IMG/VR virus record: IMGVR_UViG_3300049844_000277
Coordinates: 36,520-100,519 of that record
DNA: 64,000 nucleotides
Direction: 5' to 3' (one strand)
Origin: a virus
Position 1 is the first letter of the stretch. Every line of letters begins with the position of its first letter. A program made the translations under genes and the position numbers. The notes under the pieces were generated by a model, which was not told the origin of the DNA, searched no databases, and saw nothing but the letters and a program-made list of their open reading frames with translations. Below, one piece after another: positions 1 through 9,085 of this stretch.

Positions 1-1203
1 AAACATTCCCGTAGACCCGAGTTGCTCAAGAAGCTGTGGGTGCTGTGCGAATAGGTCAAAAATATGACCTTGCATAGCTATAATACCGTCCAGCACGTGG
101 TCTGGAATCTGGGTTCCGGGCGCTAACCGCTCCACAATCATCTTAACAAATTCAGGCGTAGTGAGAATAACGCCAGCAGCGGACAGCGTAGAAAGCACCT
201 GCGCGACGGGATACTTAGATAAAGACTTTAGCGTATCGTCGTCGAACGACGGCATTCGCTGAACCGCGGGAAGAATCATATCGCGGTAACGCTGAATACC
301 GACGGCTTCCTGTTCAGACAAGGGCGACGTTTTGTGGTCAACTGCTACGCCTCGCACAATTTTATCAATGTCCGCGATTTTACGAATAGCAGCGCGCTTC
401 TCGTCCATCGCGTCTAGGTACTCACCGAGTTCAGCGGAGGTGCGTATGTTATACGCATTCTCTTCGGCTACTTTTTTGATCATATAGCCCGTGAGATCAG
501 CTGGCTTGGTTACAAAACTCAAATCGAAGAACTTTGGAGATGGATTGAGAGCTCCAGCGCGCAAGCCGCTAGCGGTTACTTGTCGCATTCCAAACTTTAG
601 GTGATCACAATACTGTTTACGTGTCGGAGCTTTGTGACCACAAACTGTGCAAACATCGTAGGCTATACGGGTTCCCATGCTTACAGCCGGATATTCTCCA
701 TCCGCGATCCGTTCCGCCAAATCCGGCGCGAGCTCATTCCTAAGTCCTAGGAGCAGCTCAACTCGATGCATTTGGGAGTTCCAAAATGCTTTGAGAATGT
801 CGCCGCAAGATTTCAGCGGATCTTTATTAAGATGGTGCCTATAGATCTTCCCGTGCGTCTCAAAACGCTTGTAATGATTCGGTAGAACTTCTTCTTGCGT
901 GACCCACGCGCCATCCGCCTGACAACAACCGCAAGTAGGTTTGAAACCGGTCTTGTAGGGGAACTCGTTGAAGCCGTCGCCATTACGGTTTAAATCGTAG
1001 GTTTCGTACGCTCCTAGCGCGATAACAAGAACAATGCTTGTTCCAGGTTTCGGCTCCACCGCTTTGATGTACTCAGACGCCTCGCTAGCCGTCTTAGTGA
1101 ACTTTTCACGCAAAGGTCTACCGTTGGCACCCCATAGAAGTACCGGTTGAACCGTTGCTTCGCCTGTAGCGAAGTGCGTGTCTAGTTCATAGATTTTCTT
1201 CAC
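1..1203 (-). CDS. Prohead (capsid maturation) protease-like protein, possibly with scaffold-like C-terminal part; 3' end runs off the window
   Basis: Absent from the ORF track because it stays open to position 1. My translation from GTG at 1203 (GTGA overlap with the upstream stop) gives VKKIYELDTHFATGE...THGKIYRHHLNKDP...MHRVELLLGL...GEYPAVSMGTRIAYDVCTVCGHKA... The His ... Ser (VSMG) arrangement resembles HK97/S78-type prohead proteases. The remainder is helical. Confidence 0.4.
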   Translation of the reverse strand, partial: MKKIYELDTHFATGEATVQPVLLWGANGRPLREKFTKTASEASEYIKAVEPKPGTSIVLVIALGAYETYDLNRNGDGFNEFPYKTGFKPTCGCCQADGAWVTQEEVLPNHYKRFETHGKIYRHHLNKDPLKSCGDILKAFWNSQMHRVELLLGLRNELAPDLAERIADGEYPAVSMGTRIAYDVCTVCGHKAPTRKQYCDHLKFGMRQVTASGLRAGALNPSPKFFDLSFVTKPADLTGYMIKKVAEENAYNIRTSAELGEYLDAMDEKRAAIRKIADIDKIVRGVAVDHKTSPLSEQEAVGIQRYRDMILPAVQRMPSFDDDTLKSLSKYPVAQVLSTLSAAGVILTTPEFVKMIVERLAPGTQIPDHVLDGIIAMQGHIFDLFAQHPQLLEQLGSTGMF

Positions 1204-1592
1204 GCGAATAATCCTCGTAACAACTTTACCGCGTACTCCCGCCCTAGTAGCTGAACAGAACGGGTTGCGTCGTAATCGGCCCCAGACAATTTCTCAAGCT
1301 GCGCAGATAGCACATCATCAACGAGAGACGCGGCTGCCAGCTTGTGCATGAGCTCGTTAACGACAGTAGTATCCGAAGCTACCTTTTCACCAATTCCTTG
1401 GGCGGTGTTCCAAAGTTCCAAGAACGCCGTAACAGTATCCGATGACGCGCTCTTCACTGTCCCGAACAGATTATCGCACGTTGACGCCAATAGCTGCTGC
1501 GCTTCCGCTGACACTGAAGGGTCGTCACTCGCAGCCAGCTTCTCAAGCCCGGCCACGGTCTGTAGCGTCTTCCAGAACGTGGGGTAGTGCAT
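1200..1592 (-). CDS. Hypothetical protein
   Basis: ORF track 1200..1658. I prefer ATG at 1592 (MHYPTFWK...) because AAGGAG lies 6 nt upstream and it follows the upstream stop (1595-1597) by 2 nt. Confidence 0.5.
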   Translation of the reverse strand: MHYPTFWKTLQTVAGLEKLAASDDPSVSAEAQQLLASTCDNLFGTVKSASSDTVTAFLELWNTAQGIGEKVASDTTVVNELMHKLAAASLVDDVLSAQLEKLSGADYDATRSVQLLGREYAVKLLRGLFA

Positions 1593-1594
1593 AG

Positions 1595-1816
1595 CTACTC
1601 CTTGTCCGTTTCGGTCAGAGAAGTAAGCGCGCTCAGACCCTTCTGAATCTGACGCCACTCCGCCAAACGCGTCATCATCTTCGCACCAATAATCTCAGAC
1701 GCCGTCTTTGCGTCTATCTCTTCCACGCCATACATTTTAGCCGCTATCTTGTTAAAGCCGAAACGACGTACCGCCTCGTGGAATTCAGGCGCGATAAACT
1801 CAGTTAAGTCTTGCAT
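1595..1816 (-). CDS. Hypothetical small protein
   Basis: ORF track 1595..1846. ATG at 1816 (MQDLTEF...) is preceded by GGAGG and lies 1 nt after the upstream stop. Confidence 0.5.
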   Translation of the reverse strand: MQDLTEFIAPEFHEAVRRFGFNKIAAKMYGVEEIDAKTASEIIGAKMMTRLAEWRQIQKGLSALTSLTETDKE

Positions 1817-1817
1817 G

Positions 1818-2825
1818 TTAGTGCCCTCCGTACGTGGGCCGAGCATCCGCGATAGATCGCTCAGTATCCACTAAATTCTTGATAGTGGCATAATTTACGC
1901 CCGAGCCGCCAAGTACGGCTTCTCTAAGAAAAGACCTAACAGCATTAACATCTAAAGAAAGAGTAGGCGCGAATCTTACCATTGTACCGTAAGACTCTTT
2001 AAGCATCGACTTCGCCTCGGGATTACGCGAAATCGCGTCGCTTAGAACTGGGTCGGATTTGAGTAAAGTCTCGAATAGCGCTTTACGACGAGGTTCGACC
2101 ATAAAATGGTCTCTAAGCGCATCGAAACTCGTACCGATTCCGTGCGCCATTAAGCTAACCAGTGCTCCACCCGCTGACTGCCCTAAGCCTTTACCTAACC
2201 CTTCAACTACATTCTTTTGCGAAGATTCCCAGAACGTGGGTTCCGGCGGTAACGAACGTTTTACAGCACGGGACGCAGCTCTTGCGACAGCCGCTAAATC
2301 TTTTCTACGTTGTGCCCTTACTGCCGGAGGAATCTGGAAAGATGGTGTAGCTGCTTCCTTGGTCATCGAATGGAGCTCAGCTTTTTTCTCCAAAAACTTA
2401 TCCAGACTGGCGGTAATAACTCTCGTTGGATCCGCGTAAGCGTTCATGAGTTCTTCCTCATTTTGTCTCTGGGAAGCGTCAAAGGCTTTACCAAGTATAG
2501 GCGCTAAAAACGCAGTACCTATGGCGGCTCCAGCCAATCTAGGACGCTTGGAAAGAAAACCGTGTGCGCCCTGTAAACCTCGCGCTAAAACACCTGACTC
2601 GTTTGACGCAGGGGATAAAAATTTATCAATACCTCGACCAACGGTACCCGCTAAATTCTTAACACCTTCCGCGGTTCCCTTAGCGCTTTCAATAAGCGCA
2701 AGGCCACGACGTAGGTGTCCTCGTTGACCTTCGGGAAGCTCGGTGAGAACCTCGCGCGGATCTCTTCCGAGAGCCGTCTTCTCGAACAAAGCATCCACGT
2801 ATTCTTTAAAGAGTGCGTTATTCAC
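1818..2825 (-). CDS. Hypothetical protein (335 aa)
   Basis: Long ORF with GTG start 1 nt after the upstream stop, tightly packed in a co-oriented operon. No motif recognised. Confidence 0.55.
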   Translation of the reverse strand: MNNALFKEYVDALFEKTALGRDPREVLTELPEGQRGHLRRGLALIESAKGTAEGVKNLAGTVGRGIDKFLSPASNESGVLARGLQGAHGFLSKRPRLAGAAIGTAFLAPILGKAFDASQRQNEEELMNAYADPTRVITASLDKFLEKKAELHSMTKEAATPSFQIPPAVRAQRRKDLAAVARAASRAVKRSLPPEPTFWESSQKNVVEGLGKGLGQSAGGALVSLMAHGIGTSFDALRDHFMVEPRRKALFETLLKSDPVLSDAISRNPEAKSMLKESYGTMVRFAPTLSLDVNAVRSFLREAVLGGSGVNYATIKNLVDTERSIADARPTYGGH

Positions 2826-2826
2826 G

Positions 2827-3639
2827 TCAGCGCCCTAGAGCAGGCATGTTTTTATCGACCCAAGCTAACGCCTTCGTCATTTTCTCGTAGGTCTGCCGCT
2901 CGGCGCACGCTTCCTTCAAGAGCTTCAGTTCCGGTGTTTCATCGGTCACCACGCGCTCTTGTAAAAAAGCTACCTTTTCAAAATCGGGCGGCGTGTGCTT
3001 GACGCGTAACTCCTCATACAAGAAAGCCATTTCCGCGGAAGCATCTGCGCCTAATTCTGCCCATGCGTTCTTTTCAAATTCGCTGAACTTGGGTCCGTAT
3101 CCCGGTGCTTTCTTGAATGTGCGAGCCAGGGAAGCCAATTTCTCCTCCCACTTTGCTCCGGCGGAAATCTTTTCAAGCTTAAACTCTGTAGCCAACTTTC
3201 GAAGATTCATTACAACAATATCTTCGCGGGCAGGTTTTTCAGTATACTCGGCAGTCTTCTCTTCTAGAGGTCCATCGAACTTCCGACCCAAACGCTTTTC
3301 CCGCATCATGTCGGGAACTTCGTTAGCTAGCTTATCGTTATGAACGCTGGCCGGACGAGGAGGCTCATTAGCCGTATTTAGTAGATTTCGAATTACGGTC
3401 TCAGGATCCCCTGTATCGAATTCAATCATACGGTCAGGGGCTCCTTCTTTCGCCTTGAACATGTTTTGAAAAACATAAACATTGGCCAGGCGAACAAGCG
3501 TTCGAATCTCGTCCGGATTTAGCTTGTGCTCTGAAGCAAACTTTTCGCAGAGTTCGTTAAGACTCTTTTTCGATACGAGATGCTGCTCTGCGATTCCCTG
3601 CGCATTCTTAATAAACTCATTCTCAGACCAGCGTGGCAT
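2827..3639 (-). CDS. Hypothetical protein (270 aa)
   Basis: Long ORF in the co-oriented block. Charged and helical. No motif recognised. Confidence 0.55.
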   Translation of the reverse strand: MPRWSENEFIKNAQGIAEQHLVSKKSLNELCEKFASEHKLNPDEIRTLVRLANVYVFQNMFKAKEGAPDRMIEFDTGDPETVIRNLLNTANEPPRPASVHNDKLANEVPDMMREKRLGRKFDGPLEEKTAEYTEKPAREDIVVMNLRKLATEFKLEKISAGAKWEEKLASLARTFKKAPGYGPKFSEFEKNAWAELGADASAEMAFLYEELRVKHTPPDFEKVAFLQERVVTDETPELKLLKEACAERQTYEKMTKALAWVDKNMPALGR

Positions 3640-3701
3640 TGGAAAGCTCCTTGCGAAGTTGTGTCCAGCGCCACGCTGAGTAGAAGAAGTCGGCCATGGC
3701 G

Positions 3702-4394
3702 TTAGTGCAGAATATCATCGAGCGGAACGGGAGCTTTTTCAACTGGGATTGTTTCGTCCTTACCTTCCAAGGCAATCCGTAGCTCTTCGTAAGCTTGTTT
3801 CGCTTCTTGAGGCTCCATCTTCTCAAGAATCTCTGCGTTCTTGATAGCCGTGGTCCACCACTTCTGAGCCTCCTTGGCTACGCGACTTGTAAGGCTATTC
3901 CCCTTGTGCGACATTCCTCGATAAAAAGAATCGATCATCGTATGTCGAACAATGGTACGAGTATCCACGGCGTCGCGTCCGCCATACATCCAAACCAGAT
4001 AATCTGAGCCGACCATTACGCCCGTCTTCAACAGCTCTACTGCGTAAGGGTCTCCGTCATACATGGAAGCATAGCTAATTCTTTCCAACCGGTTTCTGAA
4101 AACCGTAACATCGAAAAAGAGGTACGTGTAAGTTAGTAAAACCGATACGGGAATACTAAGTACACGCGAAACCGTAGTCGGGTCTGCGTCAGACAAAATA
4201 AACGCATCCATGACTGCACGGTGATTGCTGTCTAAGTACAAGTCGTACGCGTACTCTACCGTCGGGCTCACTTCTCCTCGGTCAACTATGTACGCGTACA
4301 ATGACTTCTCTAACTCGCCTTCAGGCGCAGGCGCAGAAGTCTTTACCATTTCCAACACCGCCTCAAACCGATGGCGGGGAGATATCTGTCGCAT
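3702..4394 (-). CDS. Hypothetical protein (230 aa)
   Basis: Long ORF that starts 2 nt after the stop of the 927-aa gene. Confidence 0.55.
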   Translation of the reverse strand: MRQISPRHRFEAVLEMVKTSAPAPEGELEKSLYAYIVDRGEVSPTVEYAYDLYLDSNHRAVMDAFILSDADPTTVSRVLSIPVSVLLTYTYLFFDVTVFRNRLERISYASMYDGDPYAVELLKTGVMVGSDYLVWMYGGRDAVDTRTIVRHTMIDSFYRGMSHKGNSLTSRVAKEAQKWWTTAIKNAEILEKMEPQEAKQAYEELRIALEGKDETIPVEKAPVPLDDILH

Positions 4395-4396
4395 AA

Positions 4397-7180
4397 TTAC
4401 CCCCGATATACGCTAGGGTCGTTTTGATTTCGAAGAACCAGAGTATTCTGGTTAATCTTCAAAATTAAATCACCCATTCCGCGGAATGTCGAGCGCAGAT
4501 TATCTTCCAGGGAAACGTAAGCAATGTCTCCGACATCACCCTTAATTCGAGTCTCATCCATCCAAAGAGTGAGTAAAACCCGCCCTAAGTTATCCAGAGA
4601 TTTCTCAAGATTAGGGAGATAGCCGGCAACCATTTCCTTAATCGCCGGAGCTTGGGCCATTGATGCCAGCGCTGCAGCGTCAAACGTGCCCGCGTCGTTA
4701 AGCTGCCCCGCTTGCTCAATGAATTGCGGATTCACCTGAGACTGGACGGTATCCACCGAACCGTCATCCGCTGCCATCATAGCTTGCGGAGGCTGCTGCT
4801 GCGCCTGAGCATTAGGGTCAGCGGCCATTTGAGCATTAGGGTCCGCACCCATCTGCTGCTGCGGTGCAGCCATTCCTTGAACCGGCGCGCCTGCGCCCAT
4901 CATCGACGGGTCCATTGGACCACCCATCGCAGCTGCCGCTGCGGCGGGAGCAGCTCCGGCTCCCCCGCCACTAGCAATCATACTCGCCCGCTGCTGGATG
5001 GCTTGAACCATCTGCTGCATTTGCGTCAAAGCCTGCATCTGGCTTTGAATGTTCTGCATCTGTTCAGCGACCGCCATATCAACGGGCGACGGACCTTGCG
5101 GAGGCTGCATCTGCGCCATCTGCATCTGCTGCATCGCGGCCTCAGCGGGATCGGCTTGCTCAGGCTGCTTCTCGGCGGCGCTCTTAGCGCGGCTCCGGAA
5201 TCCGGATTCCATCTTAGCCATGCTGTTGAACCGCTCCCCTGCCTGACGTGATGTCTCGCTAGCGCCGGGCTTGGAGAGGCGGGCCGAGGGCTCTTGCATC
5301 TTGCGAAGAACCGCTGAATCAGCGCTGCGTACTTTTTCAGCGATTACTCGGGGATCCCTAATTGACGTACGGTTCTCAGCAACGCTCAGCCGAGCCGCCA
5401 CCTTCTCCAACTTCTCCGGCTCAATAATCCAGAAAGAATAGTTCCCCTTCTCCGCCGCTTGCTTCAGGGCAAACTCAGCGTCATCAACAGAGATGACCGC
5501 GTCCGTTGCCAGCTTACGCAACGCTGAAACGAAGTTTGGCGCGTACTCACCAGAGATATTGAAACCATTCTCTCCGGTGTACTTCGACACCTTCACCTTC
5601 TCCGCGCCTTCAGCCAACATAGCGTCGGTCGTCCAGCAGAAGATGCTCTTCGGCGTGGTGAGGAAATCGCGCTGCGTGAGCTCATTCTTGGTTGGAAACC
5701 AAACGAAGTTGCTCGGCAAATAGACAATGTCCCCGTGCGTAGGAATCATTAGCTTACTGCCAGGATATTTATCGTCAGTAACCAGCGTCTTCTTGCCCCA
5801 AGAACCAATCACATCGATCCGTCGACTACCCTCAAAATCAGAGGTAACTGAATCAATAGTAACCGGAGCCGTGGCAACAAACGATGCACCGCGACGCTGA
5901 ACAAAGATACCCTTCTGACCCTTGCGAGGACCTGCGGCAGACGCTTCACCAACAGCCTTCTTGAAGACCTCAGAGCCTTCAAGCTGACTCATCGCTACTT
6001 GCGTACCGAGAAGGTCCGTAGAATCTATGAGGTCGCCGTCTTCGGTAATACCGACGTAACGGTCAATATGAAACTCATCCCGATAGCCGTCCTTGCCAGG
6101 GACACGGTACCGCTCATTGTGGCCCTGCATCTCATTCGCAGGTGCTGCGTTTGAGGGACGGAAACGAATGTTACGCGAAGGAATTCGCTTACCTTCAGCA
6201 TCGCCGAATAGGTTGATGGGGTTCGCGATAACTAAAGCAACAACAGGCTTACCGTCGCGCTTCCATAACTTGTAAGCACCGGCATCCTTAGGCTCATGTA
6301 AATCAAGATACGGTTGAATCGCTACCGCGCGATTAACACGCTTACGGTCATCCTTGGCGTAATAGCCCTTTACCTTCACGCCTTGAAAAGCGGCGGGTGA
6401 CTTAGGCCCAAAGATGTCTTTGAATTCAGCGGACGTAGTCTTGTCGTCCGCGACATACAACGCGCCACCATGATTCTTGATTCCACCGCCGTAGTCAGCC
6501 GTTTTCAGCGCATCGACAAGCGGCTTTTCACCATAGAACCACACCGCTTGCTTGAGCAATCGGGGCCGCGTCTCAAGCATCTTGGCCGCAGCCTTCTTGA
6601 CGCGAGAGGGCGCATTGCTGAGGAAAGTTAAAAATGAAAGCTCAGGCTCAGTCTGATTTCGTGCTTCATCAAAGACACGACTCGCCTGCTTAACCGCACC
6701 AGAGACGTCCGAGGCATAGCTGTAACGTCCAGTCGTCGGAGGAACGACCGTATTACGAATGTCGACGTCCGTCGGCATCGTTGTGGGCGGAGTTACACCC
6801 TTGCCCATTTCACCCAGAGATTGCTTGTCCAACTCCTCCAACCAGTCTTTGGATAGTGGGACGAAGACATTCAGATTCTTGTAGTACAAAATGTCCAGCG
6901 GCTTAATCTGATTATCCGCCATCACAACAGGAACGTAGAGCGTCTGCCCTCGCCTAAGGATAACAAACGCGCCGACACCCGAGCCGTCATCGGGTGAAGT
7001 TTCCAGGACTTTGAATGTAACAACGTCCGGAGCAATATTGGGTAATTTCGAGAGGAGGACGTTGTACGCCATTTGGGAAAGACCTTGGTCGAACAAAGCT
7101 TTCGCTTGATCGCCGGTTCCTCCCAGCTGTCCCATCGCTTGCGTCCTAGGCGAAATCGCTGGCATGTCATCTCCCGACAA
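4397..7180 (-). CDS. Large hypothetical protein (927 aa) with Gln/Met/Ala-rich low-complexity segment; possibly virion-associated
   Basis: Uninterrupted 2.8-kb ORF. The segment near 4770-5180 encodes ...AMQQMQMAQMQPPQGP...QMQALTQMQQMVQAIQQ...GADPNAQMAADPNAQAQQQ... No enzymatic motif recognised. Confidence 0.6.
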   Translation of the reverse strand: MSGDDMPAISPRTQAMGQLGGTGDQAKALFDQGLSQMAYNVLLSKLPNIAPDVVTFKVLETSPDDGSGVGAFVILRRGQTLYVPVVMADNQIKPLDILYYKNLNVFVPLSKDWLEELDKQSLGEMGKGVTPPTTMPTDVDIRNTVVPPTTGRYSYASDVSGAVKQASRVFDEARNQTEPELSFLTFLSNAPSRVKKAAAKMLETRPRLLKQAVWFYGEKPLVDALKTADYGGGIKNHGGALYVADDKTTSAEFKDIFGPKSPAAFQGVKVKGYYAKDDRKRVNRAVAIQPYLDLHEPKDAGAYKLWKRDGKPVVALVIANPINLFGDAEGKRIPSRNIRFRPSNAAPANEMQGHNERYRVPGKDGYRDEFHIDRYVGITEDGDLIDSTDLLGTQVAMSQLEGSEVFKKAVGEASAAGPRKGQKGIFVQRRGASFVATAPVTIDSVTSDFEGSRRIDVIGSWGKKTLVTDDKYPGSKLMIPTHGDIVYLPSNFVWFPTKNELTQRDFLTTPKSIFCWTTDAMLAEGAEKVKVSKYTGENGFNISGEYAPNFVSALRKLATDAVISVDDAEFALKQAAEKGNYSFWIIEPEKLEKVAARLSVAENRTSIRDPRVIAEKVRSADSAVLRKMQEPSARLSKPGASETSRQAGERFNSMAKMESGFRSRAKSAAEKQPEQADPAEAAMQQMQMAQMQPPQGPSPVDMAVAEQMQNIQSQMQALTQMQQMVQAIQQRASMIASGGGAGAAPAAAAAAMGGPMDPSMMGAGAPVQGMAAPQQQMGADPNAQMAADPNAQAQQQPPQAMMAADDGSVDTVQSQVNPQFIEQAGQLNDAGTFDAAALASMAQAPAIKEMVAGYLPNLEKSLDNLGRVLLTLWMDETRIKGDVGDIAYVSLEDNLRSTFRGMGDLILKINQNTLVLRNQNDPSVYRG

Positions 7181-7194
7181 AAATCATTGTACTA

Positions 7195-7238
7195 CGTAAA
7201 GCGAAACGGCCGCCGGTCCATTAGGACCCAGCGGCCGT
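7195..7238 (-). terminator. Candidate rho-independent terminator after the 419-aa gene
   Basis: The minus strand reads ACGGCCGCTGGGTCC-TAAT-GGACCGGCGGCCGT (about 13 GC-rich bp with a small internal loop), followed by TTCGCTTT. Confidence 0.45.
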
Positions 7239-7268
7239 CGTGGGCCCACTAACTGGGAGCGAAGGAAC

Positions 7269-8528
7269 TTAGCTCGCCGAAGCCGCGATTTCTCGAATGC
7301 GACCCAGAAGAGCGCTCTCCTTCTTCTGAGCCTTACCCGATTCGTCCTCGTGCTCAACTTCCTTCTTCATCTTCTTGCCCTTCTCAGACTTCGACTCGTC
7401 GCCCTTCATACCTTCCGCGCAAGCCGCCTCTGCTGCCTTCTTCTCCGCATGCAGATGGTTTAAGTACTCCTGCCTCGCGGTGTGGTCGTACCCAATCATC
7501 CGGCTGATAGCCGCAACCTTCTCGTCATCGCTCATCTCCGGAAGGTACGGACCCACGTCTTCCGCGGTCTTCTTAAAGAGGACCAGGAAAGCATCTTCCT
7601 CTGAAGTCTTGGAAGCTTCAATGACCGAGTTCGTCCCAGCGGGGCTGTTCTTAGGCGCCTTAGGGTGCGGCATCTCAGTGCCGACATGGTGCGTCTGAGG
7701 CTCCGAGATGTTGGCGTTACCCATTCCAACTAGGTACGCCCCCTGAGGACGATTCTTTGCGTCAAGCTTCGCCACTGAATCTACCGAGTCGGTAAGCTTG
7801 TTCTTGTCCTTACCGTCATGTAGTCCAACGAGCTTATTCGCAATCTTCTTAAGCTCGGCATCAAGCCCCGCCGCCTTCGCCGAACCGGCGTCCTTCGCTA
7901 CCGAATTCGTACCAGCAGGCGTATTCGCTGGACCCTTGGGATTCTTGCTCAAGTCACCAACGTGACCCTGCATAGACTCGAGCTCAGTCTTGCCCATGCC
8001 GTGGTGATACATTCCCTCGGGTCGTTGCTTTTGGTCTAACGCAGCAACCTCCCCATTATGTGCAGCTTGCGCGGGGTCATTACCCTTGTCGCCACCGTGC
8101 ATGAGAGCGCCGCCGGATGCTTGCTTAACCTCTTCCGCAGCCTTGGTCATACAGGCAACAGCCTCTTCGCCCGCAAGAGACTCGTAGTCCGCTTGAGCAG
8201 CGGTCTTCGTAACTTCAGCAGCAGCTTTTGCTACCTCGGGGCTGGGAGGAGGAAGCGGCATACCGCCCTCACCCGGAGGACCACCGGCAGCGCCGGCCTG
8301 CTCCATGAGCGCGTGAGCAATTTCCATGAGCTTATTCGCCACAGCGGCAAGCTCTTCCGGCGAATGACCGCCCTCAGGAGAAACTTCCGGCATTGGCGCG
8401 GCTACCGGAGAATCGGCGACAGCATCCGCCGCCTCATCCATGGCTTCCTTTGACGGAAACGCGATGATCCCCTGGCGAACCAGTTCGTGTGCAACTCCCC
8501 GTGCTGCGGCGCGCTTAAAGAGTCCCAT
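7269..8528 (-). CDS. Acidic Ala/Lys-rich protein with an internal ~49-aa duplication (scaffold- or decoration-like by composition only)
   Basis: Residues 163-211 (ALDQKQRPEGMYHHGMG...PAGTNSV) and 254-302 (KLDAKNRPQGAYLVGMG...PAGTNSV) are paralogous. AAGGAG RBS, own candidate promoter upstream and terminator downstream. Confidence 0.6.
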   Translation of the reverse strand: MGLFKRAAARGVAHELVRQGIIAFPSKEAMDEAADAVADSPVAAPMPEVSPEGGHSPEELAAVANKLMEIAHALMEQAGAAGGPPGEGGMPLPPPSPEVAKAAAEVTKTAAQADYESLAGEEAVACMTKAAEEVKQASGGALMHGGDKGNDPAQAAHNGEVAALDQKQRPEGMYHHGMGKTELESMQGHVGDLSKNPKGPANTPAGTNSVAKDAGSAKAAGLDAELKKIANKLVGLHDGKDKNKLTDSVDSVAKLDAKNRPQGAYLVGMGNANISEPQTHHVGTEMPHPKAPKNSPAGTNSVIEASKTSEEDAFLVLFKKTAEDVGPYLPEMSDDEKVAAISRMIGYDHTARQEYLNHLHAEKKAAEAACAEGMKGDESKSEKGKKMKKEVEHEDESGKAQKKESALLGRIREIAASAS

Positions 8529-8562
8529 GAAAGTTTGCTCCTTTTACTTTTACTTTGGCCGG

Positions 8563-8591
8563 AGTGTAGGCCAATGGTTGAGATTTAACAA
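8563..8591 (-). promoter_or_regulatory. Candidate sigma-70-like promoter for the 419-aa gene
   Basis: The minus strand reads TTGTTA, a 17-nt spacer, then TACACT, about 35 nt upstream of the AAGGAG RBS. The host consensus is unknown, so this is weak. Confidence 0.25.
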
Positions 8592-8633
8592 TCAATGTAG
8601 TCGGTCGGCGCCGCTACGTACAACTTAGGAGAA

Positions 8634-9083
8634 TCACCCGCCTGAAACAACTTCAGGCTTTGTATCGAACTTGCGCCCCAGTTCGCGCCCAAGAGTTCCT
8701 AACAACATACCACCGCCAAGCTGTCCCGCAAATCCGCCCAAAGGAGCCCCTAACAGAGACCCTGTTAAATTTCCAATAGCTTGTCCTACTACTTCTCCGC
8801 GATATTCAGACGGTGTCGCCTTAGTTTGTAGTGCTGTAAACACCAAAGGAAGCGTAAGAGTTCGCGAAAGATCTCCGCCTGTACGCGGTAAACCTTGCGT
8901 GTATAATCCTGTCTCTGGGTGAAAAAGTGTGCCGTGGTATATTTGCTTTGCGGCCTCTATCGGTCTTCCAATCGCTGAAATGCGTGCCGCCGTAAGAAAA
9001 TCACGAAACGCTCCCGCGCACTTAGTAGCCTCGAAATCTCGTAGTGCGTTTGACGCGCCTGCTATATACGCCCAGTCACGCAT
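8634..9083 (-). CDS. Hypothetical protein with C-terminal glycine-zipper segment
   Basis: The C-terminus reads GQAIGNLTGSLLGAPLGGFAGQLGGGMLLGTLG (GxxxG repeats). The gene starts 2 nt after the beta' C-half stop. Confidence 0.5.
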   Translation of the reverse strand: MRDWAYIAGASNALRDFEATKCAGAFRDFLTAARISAIGRPIEAAKQIYHGTLFHPETGLYTQGLPRTGGDLSRTLTLPLVFTALQTKATPSEYRGEVVGQAIGNLTGSLLGAPLGGFAGQLGGGMLLGTLGRELGRKFDTKPEVVSGG

Positions 9084-9085
9084 AA

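Noticed and set aside
4712-5251. A 179-aa plus-strand ORF, and similar antisense ORFs listed inside large minus- or plus-strand genes (for example 18653..19159, 16318..16725, 23458..24099, 44554..45336, 41735..42292).
   Set aside because: They lie antisense to, or out of frame within, genes with clear family motifs. Their products are low-complexity (Leu/Arg/Ser/His-rich) mirror translations with no RBS or operon logic.
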